A stretch of 64,000 nucleotides of DNA. It comes from Patescibacteria group bacterium (GTDB lineage: Bacteria; Patescibacteriota; Patescibacteriia; Magasanikbacterales; GWA2-37-8). Under the pieces are notes generated by a model. That model saw only the letters and a program-made list of their open reading frames with translations. It searched no databases and was not told where the DNA came from. The position numbers were made by a program, and so were the translations under genes. The DNA is taken from assembly GCA_041649475.1 (NCBI GenBank), contig JBAZNA010000001.1, positions 814,594 to 878,593 on the forward strand, written 5' to 3'. Below, in pieces: positions 9,431-16,294 of this stretch (the first letter of the stretch is position 1; each line of letters begins with the position of its first letter).

Positions 9431-12400
9431 TTACTTTGGCTTGCTATTATTTTTTTCCAAATCCTTTATCCATTCTTTAACCATTTCTTTTTGTTCCTTT
9501 TTGATGGTTTTTTCTACTCTTTCCAAGGCGCTCTTTATCAAGTTAGCCACAGCGCCCCTGTCTTTGCTTGATTGATCCACACTCGTTTGCAATTGCTTAA
9601 GTTTTTTCACATCAGAATACTGCAGGATGTCACCCAAATCTGTTTTGACATATTCATCAACCTGATCCAACCGTGTAGAAGTGAGTGGCGCTAACAAATC
9701 AGCCACTATCTTTATAGATTCATCGGATTCAACAATAGCTTTTCTGTCCTCATTTTTATCTACAGCTCCTTCCAAGCCAGCACTAATACTGGTAATTTTT
9801 GCGGATGACCTTGCGGCTGTTCTTCTTCTTTGAATATGTTCTTTTCCTCCAGCACTACCGGCATCTGTGAGCCCCGTGGTAATACTTCCATCTGCCTGTA
9901 ATGTATCCTGGAGCAAACCGGCGACAGAAAACACACCCTGCCCTGCGGCCTTATCAAGGGACAAACGCAGCTGTTCCAACAAGGCCTGCGATCGTTCTCC
10001 GTGTATAGCGCCAAACTGCTTCACAGCTGCTTCCAACCCGTCTGGGCTTGCCGCTACCTTTTCACCAATGAGAGATGAAAATATGGCCGCTTGTACCTTC
10101 CTTACAGAACCAGCATCACTCGGATCTACGGAAATATTCTTAAGTAATTCCGGATCTACTAATTTTGAAATATTATCCATGTTTCCCAAACCAATCGCAC
10201 CGTGCTGTTCCCAATTGCCAATCTGCATTTCTGCCAAGCTCTTTTGAATCTGCGAATGTTTAAGCTTAGCCGCCACGACTGCCCTCTGATCTCCGCGTGA
10301 CTCGGCTGCCGCCAACTCTTTAAGCGCTTCGTCTTGTTTGTTGTATAATCCTTCCGTCCTAATAATTGACCTAGGGAAGTCAGTACCCACTGATTGCATA
10401 TCAATTCTTTGTTTTGCTTGTTTGCTCAAAACATTTTCCAAATTATTTGCTTCAGAAAAACGATTATTGCTTCTCAAGACCGCATCCCTGGCGCGGGCCA
10501 CATTACGTTCCTTTATTTCATTCATATCCGTATTCAACTGTTCAATCTGTGCTCTTCTGTCCGTAATATCCGCTTGCACAACTTTCCCTTGATCACTTGT
10601 TAACACTTTTTTGATCTCCTCTAATTCCTTCAGTTCTCTTTCTGCGTTCAACTTATCTTCCATTTGCTTAGTCTCCGCTTTGGCTGCAGCCGCACGCAAC
10701 ATCCTCTCTCCACCTTCTCCGGCCATTAATTTTTGCTTTATCCGCGCCCTATCTTCCTCTTGTGTTGCCTTTAACATCTGCTCTATATTTTCAGCTTCAA
10801 TAGCAGATTTATCAGCATTATTTAATCGCTGATAATCAGAAGTTTGCCGAGCATCAAATTTCCCGGATGCCTCCAGTTCTTCCAAAACCTGCTTTTCTGA
10901 TTTTCCCGCACCTTTACCCGCGGCAACCGCGGCCGCTATAGCTCTATTATCTTCATCTTGTTCTTCATATTTTGTCTGTAATTTTCGCCTCTTAATATCC
11001 TGACCGGTTCTCTTCAGTTTTTCCAAGTCCGCTTCTTCTTGTAGCTTTCTTTGGCCGGTCGGGGTCTTGCTGGTGCTTATTCTATGCTCTTGTTGCTCTA
11101 TTGCATATTTTGCAGCTGTTTCTTCATCCTTTGCCAATTCATTCTTAAACCGCTGGGGTGCAAACATCAAACCAAGTCTGGCGCCATATCTTTTCCATCT
11201 ACTTTTTTCTGTAAACTCACCTTGTTCATTTTTTCCAAAGGCAGTATCTATCCTTCTCCCCGCCGCTACAATTCTCGGCTCAACATAACCCTTGTTCCAC
11301 GCTTGTGATACTCTGCTCTTTATACGAAGCCCTCTTGCTTGCCACGCCTCTCCACCCACAAGAGGAGCTTTCATCAAAGCAAACTTTCCGGCCTTTTTTC
11401 CGGCCTCCATACCCTTTCTACCCACATACCTCGCCGCGGTCAGACCACTGGCGATCTTAGCCGTCTTTTCAACCGCACTGCTAAGCATTGACCCGCCATA
11501 CACTCCCAATTCCTGGGCCATTTTGGCTCCGGCCATCAGCATACCAATGGCAATGGCGAAGTTGGCTAAAGCGACCCAGGTCATGCCTCCGCCCACTCCT
11601 GATTTTTGGCCAACGCCCGCGTCATCAACAGCCGCCCAGGTATCACCGGCCGGCAGAGGATTATTGGCAGAACTGGTAATATCAGATTGAATATCACCCG
11701 ACCCCAAAGTAACAAAAGCCAGCCAAATAAAAAAGGCAATGAGCGGACCAGAGACGACGTTGTTACCGAATTCTTTCCACCACCGATCGGCATAACCTTT
11801 TGTTTTTGGTAAAACATTTAAGACAAAAGCTAAAGGAGATAAAACAATCAACACCCAAAGCATAACCATCCTGGCTAACAGCATAATTGCAAAAACACCC
11901 ATGGTCACCATCATCATTGCCGAAAAAACTAATCCGCCCAAAGATGCCAAAAATACATTACCGGGCGTAATTTCATTCGGCTTGGCCTGACGAGCCAGAT
12001 TAAGAATATTATTAACATTAAACATGTTAATTAAATTCCCACCGGCAGTTGCGGCCACACCGTTGATAAAAGTGATCATTATCACCTGCGCGAAGTCAAT
12101 TATAATTCCGGCAATTTGCCGGCTGAAGTTCACCAGTACGGCCGCGAATATTAATTTGCTTAATAATTTTTTCCAGGAATAATCTTCAATCCCCAAAATT
12201 GTGGCAAAAGCAATAATAAGCAAAACTATGACAAAAAACATGTTGGTTATGTCGCGCACCATGATCCAGCCGATATTTACGGCCGGAGACCTGATATATC
12301 CGTTATAACCCCCAAGAGTGATGACAAACTTAAGTAAAAATATTGAAATTTGAATAAACCAACCGGCGATTGTTAACAGTATGGTACCAATCAGATTGGC

Positions 12401-12604
12401 AGCCGTTGTCCATATATCTGCAGCAGCGGTGGCAAGTCCGGTTGCGCCAAACCACATGATTAAAATCAAACTCGCACAGATAATAAAACCAACCAAACCG
12501 ATTCGCTTTCGCTTTGGTGTTAAAAACTGCCAAAATGTTTTTATTTTAACCGCAATAACGGCAAGCATGCTTAAATTATACCACATTTGGCTACTTCCGC
12601 GCAA
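9431..12604 (-). CDS. VirB6/TrbL-like polytopic membrane protein with long charged coiled-coil C-terminal extension
   Basis: N-terminal ~330 aa contain 6-7 predicted TM helices, as in VirB6/TrbL. The remaining ~700 aa are K/E/R/Q/A-rich heptad-like sequence. Confidence 0.6.
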   Translation of the reverse strand: MRGSSQMWYNLSMLAVIAVKIKTFWQFLTPKRKRIGLVGFIICASLILIMWFGATGLATAAADIWTTAANLIGTILLTIAGWFIQISIFLLKFVITLGGYNGYIRSPAVNIGWIMVRDITNMFFVIVLLIIAFATILGIEDYSWKKLLSKLIFAAVLVNFSRQIAGIIIDFAQVIMITFINGVAATAGGNLINMFNVNNILNLARQAKPNEITPGNVFLASLGGLVFSAMMMVTMGVFAIMLLARMVMLWVLIVLSPLAFVLNVLPKTKGYADRWWKEFGNNVVSGPLIAFFIWLAFVTLGSGDIQSDITSSANNPLPAGDTWAAVDDAGVGQKSGVGGGMTWVALANFAIAIGMLMAGAKMAQELGVYGGSMLSSAVEKTAKIASGLTAARYVGRKGMEAGKKAGKFALMKAPLVGGEAWQARGLRIKSRVSQAWNKGYVEPRIVAAGRRIDTAFGKNEQGEFTEKSRWKRYGARLGLMFAPQRFKNELAKDEETAAKYAIEQQEHRISTSKTPTGQRKLQEEADLEKLKRTGQDIKRRKLQTKYEEQDEDNRAIAAAVAAGKGAGKSEKQVLEELEASGKFDARQTSDYQRLNNADKSAIEAENIEQMLKATQEEDRARIKQKLMAGEGGERMLRAAAAKAETKQMEDKLNAERELKELEEIKKVLTSDQGKVVQADITDRRAQIEQLNTDMNEIKERNVARARDAVLRSNNRFSEANNLENVLSKQAKQRIDMQSVGTDFPRSIIRTEGLYNKQDEALKELAAAESRGDQRAVVAAKLKHSQIQKSLAEMQIGNWEQHGAIGLGNMDNISKLVDPELLKNISVDPSDAGSVRKVQAAIFSSLIGEKVAASPDGLEAAVKQFGAIHGERSQALLEQLRLSLDKAAGQGVFSVAGLLQDTLQADGSITTGLTDAGSAGGKEHIQRRRTAARSSAKITSISAGLEGAVDKNEDRKAIVESDESIKIVADLLAPLTSTRLDQVDEYVKTDLGDILQYSDVKKLKQLQTSVDQSSKDRGAVANLIKSALERVEKTIKKEQKEMVKEWIKDLEKNNSKPK

Positions 12605-13280
12605 TAATATATAGATAGTGTCCCCAGAAAGGAAAAATCCTGTTTAAAATGCCATCAAAAACACCAGCAATCGGCATATCCGCGTAAGGCGGTTTGGCAA
12701 AAAACTTGACTGAAGAGAAGCCATTTCGCCTTAACCAGTGTTTAAATTTAAATGGCGAATATTTTTTGTGCGTGCCATAAGGCCAGCGTTTTTTTATGCG
12801 CAGATACCATTCCTGCATAACACCGAATGAAAGCAGATTCGGCTGAACAATAATTAACAAACCGTCAGGTTTGAGCACCCGGCGCGCCTCGGATATTGCT
12901 TTTTCAATTTCATCAAAATATGTGAGCACGCCCCAGCTTAACACCACATCAAATGTCTGGTCGCTAAAAGGCAAAGCCCGCGCGTCCGCAACCTGGTAAG
13001 TATTCATATTAGTTGGTTCAATTGCCTTTGCCCGTTCAATTGCCCCGCTGGAAATGTCTATGCCACAACCGGTTGTCTGAAAATTTTGTTGTAAATATCT
13101 TAGCGCCGCTCCGTCGCCACAGCCCGCATCCAACACTTTTTTGCCCAAAAAATCAATGCCAAAATTCACCAGATCAGAAATTTTTTCTTCTGTTTTAAAC
13201 ACCCGCCGCGGGTAAAGAGAATACTGATTATTTTTTAACCAGATGGCATCCCACCGGTCAGAGATAGAATTTTTTGGCAT
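12591..13280 (-). CDS. class I SAM-dependent methyltransferase
   Basis: Motif I LDAGCGDGAA and motif post-I GIDIS, Rossmann MTase fold. Overlaps the downstream VirB6-like gene by 14 nt. Confidence 0.8.
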   Translation of the reverse strand: MPKNSISDRWDAIWLKNNQYSLYPRRVFKTEEKISDLVNFGIDFLGKKVLDAGCGDGAALRYLQQNFQTTGCGIDISSGAIERAKAIEPTNMNTYQVADARALPFSDQTFDVVLSWGVLTYFDEIEKAISEARRVLKPDGLLIIVQPNLLSFGVMQEWYLRIKKRWPYGTHKKYSPFKFKHWLRRNGFSSVKFFAKPPYADMPIAGVFDGILNRIFPFWGHYLYIIARK

Positions 13281-13285
13281 ATTTC

Positions 13286-13314
13286 TACTATATTTCTAAA
13301 CGGCGGGGTTGTCA
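13286..13314 (-). promoter_or_regulatory. sigma70-type promoter for methyltransferase / T4SS-like operon (TTGACA-17-TATAGT), near-leaderless
   Basis: Minus-strand reading is TTGACAaccccgccgtttagaaaTATAGTagaaatATG. The -10 ends 6 nt before the ATG. Confidence 0.5.
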
Positions 13315-13343
13315 ATGAGTTGGCTAAAGATTATAATTCATTC

Positions 13344-13372
13344 TTGACAGAACCTCGTCTTTTGGCTATATT
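13344..13372 (+). promoter_or_regulatory. sigma70-type promoter (TTGACA-17-TATATT) for GC-rich lipoprotein gene
   Basis: Consensus -35 at 13344-13349 and -10 at 13367-13372 with a 17-nt spacer. Leader hairpin CCCAAC-ctggtg-TTGGG at 13381-13397 and SD AAGGAGAGG follow. Confidence 0.6.
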
Positions 13373-13422
13373 ATCTGGTTCCCAACCTGGTGTTGGGTAC
13401 GAAAAAGGAAAAGGAGAGGCAC

Positions 13423-15375
13423 ATGACCAAGATCGGCTTCTGTTTCGTGGCGTTTCTCGCGTTCATCCTGTGCGCCTGTGGTGGTAACTCCGGAACCGGT
13501 GATGGCGGCACGGACAACCACGACAGCGCCGTCAGCGACGGCACCCTGCCCAACGACGCCAGGGATACGGCCCCTTCGGAGTGCACGAGCAACGCGCAGT
13601 GCGACGATGGCATTGACTGCACGGACGACACCTGTTCGTCCTCGGGCTGGTGCACCAACACGCTGGTGCCGGCGCGGTGTCCGACAGGTACGTGGTGTAA
13701 TCCCACCAAAGGTTGCGAGGCCGGAAAGGCCTGCGCCAAGGACGAGGATTGCGACAGCACCGATGCCTGCGTCGTGAACAACGGCTGTGATCCTGCCTCG
13801 CGCGTCTGCATGTGGTCAGTGCTTGACGGCGATGGCGATGGACAGCCCCCGCTTGTGTGCGGCGGAACCGACTGTGATGACAGCGACTCCGACGTCTACG
13901 CCGGAGCTCCCATGCGTTGCAACGGCAAAGATAACAACTGCGATGGGATCGTGGATACCGGAACCGCCACGGACGAATGGTGCAACGAGACCTACGGACC
14001 GGGTCACGCCTGCCAGTCAGGGCACTGCGTCTGTACGACCGGGACACAGTGCGGGTACACGTGTGCGGACTTGCTCACCGACAAGAACCACTGTGGCACA
14101 TGTTTCAACCCATGTCCGCTCAATGAAGTGTGTGTACAGGGTCAGTGTGAGTGCCCGAGCAGTGGCCAGACATTCTGTGCTGTTGATGGCTGTGTTGACC
14201 TCACGAGCGACAAATACAACTGTGGCGAGTGTGAACACGGCTGCTGGGCAGACCAGACATGCGTAGCAAGTCAGTGCGCGTGTTCAGGCAACCTGACGCA
14301 ATGCGGTTCGTGTGTGGACACACAAACCGACAACGACAACTGCGGTTCGTGCGGTCACGCCTGCAGCTCGCCTGCCAGCTGTGTGTCGGGTCAGTGCCAG
14401 TGTCCGACCAGTGGCCAGAGCTATTGCGATGGCGCCGGCTGTGTGGATCTTCAGACCGACCACGACAACTGCGGCACATGCGGGCACGCGTGCCGTGCAA
14501 GCGATACATGCTGGAGCGGCAGCTGCCCGGCTTACTGGAAAAACGTCGTGAGTAACACGGCGCTGAAGCTCAACGCAGTATGGGGAGCCGCACCCAATGA
14601 TGTCTGGACTGTTGGAAACTACACCACTGGCTCCCTGGGAGGCGCCATCCACTGGAACGGTAGCTCGTGGGCGCCTATGGGTGGCGCGACATCGAAACTC
14701 TACGGAATCTGGGGAACCACGCTTAATTTCTGGGTCGTTGGAGAAACCAGCGGGTACCTCGAGGTCTGGAATGACGTCTCCGGCACTTGGGAGGGTATAC
14801 CCAACGGGTGCACGACAGCTTCCCTCTATGGTATCTGGGGAACTGCGATTGATGATACCTGGTTCGTTGGAGCCGCCGGAACGACTGTCTATTTCAACGG
14901 CAGTACGTTCTCATGCGTCCCCAGCGGTTCAACGAATGTCCTCCATGGAGTAGGAGGCACCGCCAACAATGACGTCTGGACAGTAGGAGACGGCGGTACC
15001 ATCCTCCATTGGAATGGAAGCACGTGGTCCAGCGTGACCTCCAATACGACGAACGCCCTCTATGGAGTGTGGGGCAACACCACCAGTGATGTCTGGGTGG
15101 TGGGCGACTACGGTACCACTCTTCACTGGAATGGAAGTGTGTGGTCAGCCGTCGTCAGCTACACAGGATCAAAACTCAACGGCGTGTGGGGCAGTAGTGC
15201 CAACGATGTCTGGGCTGTGGGAGATGTCGGGGTCATCCTCCACTGGAACGGGAGTAATTGGTCCACTGTTGCCACAGGGACAACGGCACATTTCTCTGCC
15301 GTGTGGGGCAACAGCGCTACTGACATCTGGGTTGTGGGAGAAGCGGGAACCACTCTCCACTACTACACGTACTGA
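13423..15375 (+). CDS. secreted Cys-rich lipoprotein with putative metal-binding Cys/Asp motif, CGxCGHxC repeats and eight C-terminal ~40-aa propeller-like repeats; very GC-rich
   Basis: Start ATG at 13423 after SD AAGGAGAGG. Signal peptide plus Cys lipobox region (FLAFILCACGG). DGDGDGQPPLVCGGTDCDDSDSDVYAGAPMRCNGKDNNCDG matches the MopE-type putative metal-binding motif. The C-terminal repeats follow WGxxxxDVWxVGxxGTxLHWNGSxWS, eight copies. GC3 is far above the genome background. Confidence 0.75.
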   Translation: MTKIGFCFVAFLAFILCACGGNSGTGDGGTDNHDSAVSDGTLPNDARDTAPSECTSNAQCDDGIDCTDDTCSSSGWCTNTLVPARCPTGTWCNPTKGCEAGKACAKDEDCDSTDACVVNNGCDPASRVCMWSVLDGDGDGQPPLVCGGTDCDDSDSDVYAGAPMRCNGKDNNCDGIVDTGTATDEWCNETYGPGHACQSGHCVCTTGTQCGYTCADLLTDKNHCGTCFNPCPLNEVCVQGQCECPSSGQTFCAVDGCVDLTSDKYNCGECEHGCWADQTCVASQCACSGNLTQCGSCVDTQTDNDNCGSCGHACSSPASCVSGQCQCPTSGQSYCDGAGCVDLQTDHDNCGTCGHACRASDTCWSGSCPAYWKNVVSNTALKLNAVWGAAPNDVWTVGNYTTGSLGGAIHWNGSSWAPMGGATSKLYGIWGTTLNFWVVGETSGYLEVWNDVSGTWEGIPNGCTTASLYGIWGTAIDDTWFVGAAGTTVYFNGSTFSCVPSGSTNVLHGVGGTANNDVWTVGDGGTILHWNGSTWSSVTSNTTNALYGVWGNTTSDVWVVGDYGTTLHWNGSVWSAVVSYTGSKLNGVWGSSANDVWAVGDVGVILHWNGSNWSTVATGTTAHFSAVWGNSATDIWVVGEAGTTLHYYTY

Positions 15376-15427
15376 CACTAGCACTGCTTCGCTCCTTCCT
15401 ACCTTTTCGCTCCTTTTCACCCCTTCG

Positions 15428-15476
15428 GCCCGGCCCTATCTGACTTCAAGGTCAGTGGGGTACGGGCTTTTTTATT
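15428..15476 (+). terminator. rho-independent terminator
   Basis: Long near-perfect hairpin gcccggccctatctgac-ttcaag-gtcagtggggtacgggc followed by TTTTTT. Confidence 0.7.
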
Positions 15477-15508
15477 TGCTAAGCCGAGCTAAAAGTGTTA
15501 ATCTACCC

Positions 15509-15537
15509 TTGACAAGAGCTCATTTTTGTGCTATACT
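15509..15537 (+). promoter_or_regulatory. sigma70-type promoter (TTGACA-17-TATACT) for second GC-rich lipoprotein gene, with ~165-nt structured leader
   Basis: Consensus -35 at 15509-15514 and -10 at 15532-15537. The leader contains hairpin GCTAAGTT...AACTTAGC (15576-15605) and the CCCAACC...GGTTGGG hairpin (15672-15691) before SD GGAAAAGGAGA. Confidence 0.55.
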
Positions 15538-15710
15538 AATCTGTTAGTTTTTAAATAGGTTGTTCTTTACAAAGTGCTAAGTTGAGCCGAAAGGCAGAAC
15601 TTAGCCAAATGAGATGGTAAGCCCAAGTTGGGGTGATAGTTGGTTCTAAAATCTTTAGACACAGCTACAACCCCAACCTTGGGTGGTTGGGAACAGGAAA
15701 AGGAGAAACC

Positions 15711-16166
15711 ATGCGCTACAACATCAAGAAGATCCTCGCGATCATGGGCGGCTTCGCCCTTGTTCTCATCGCTGTTGCGGCCCTCACCGGCTGTGGTGGC
15801 GACGATCCCCAGTGCGGAACCGACGGTCAGCCCCCGTGCGACGTTCAGGCCGACGGCGGCACCGACGGCACGCCGACCCAGCAGGACGCTGGCGACGGCG
15901 GTGTCATCAAGACCGACGGCGGCGACGCGGGCGGAGATCCGTGCGCGGCGTTCAATCCTTACCTGAACGGATGGACCTGCAAAACCGCTCCGAATGACCC
16001 ACTGTCGTTCTCCTGCAATTTCCTGCCTACCGCCGATGGCAGTGCATGCCAGATTGGCTGCTATGGCCACTTCTCGTGCATTGCTCCTCCGGAGATGTTG
16101 ACGTCGCAGGAGTTTACCTGCGATATGATCGGCGCTCCCGGAAACATCCGCATCTGTGTCCACTAG
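15711..16166 (+). CDS. small secreted Cys/Gly/Asp-rich lipoprotein; very GC-rich
   Basis: ATG at 15711 after SD AAGGAGAAACC. Signal peptide with classic lipobox LTGC. Eleven Cys in a 151-aa mature part. GC3 very high. Confidence 0.7.
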   Translation: MRYNIKKILAIMGGFALVLIAVAALTGCGGDDPQCGTDGQPPCDVQADGGTDGTPTQQDAGDGGVIKTDGGDAGGDPCAAFNPYLNGWTCKTAPNDPLSFSCNFLPTADGSACQIGCYGHFSCIAPPEMLTSQEFTCDMIGAPGNIRICVH

Positions 16167-16246
16167 TTCCACCCCACCATCTCGCTCGCGACGATTCACA
16201 AATCGTCGCGCGCTTCCCTAAGTAGAAAATAGCTTTTCTGTTGAGG

Positions 16247-16285
16247 AAAAACAAAAATCCCGATTCAAATCGGGATTTTTGTTTT
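16247..16285. terminator. bidirectional rho-independent terminator
   Basis: AATCCCGAT-tcaa-ATCGGGATT perfect 9-bp stem flanked by A-run upstream and T-run downstream. Serves the converging lipoprotein gene (+) and giant gene (-). Confidence 0.75.
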
Positions 16286-16294
16286 AAATATTGT

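Noticed and set aside
13478-15420. Many overlapping 60-170-aa ORFs on both strands inside the GC-rich lipoprotein gene (e.g. 13478..13777, 13532..14047, 14284..14652)
   Set aside because: High-GC coding DNA depletes stop codons in all frames. These are Arg/Ala/Pro-rich shadow ORFs with no start context, fully embedded in the strongly supported 661-aa lipoprotein gene.
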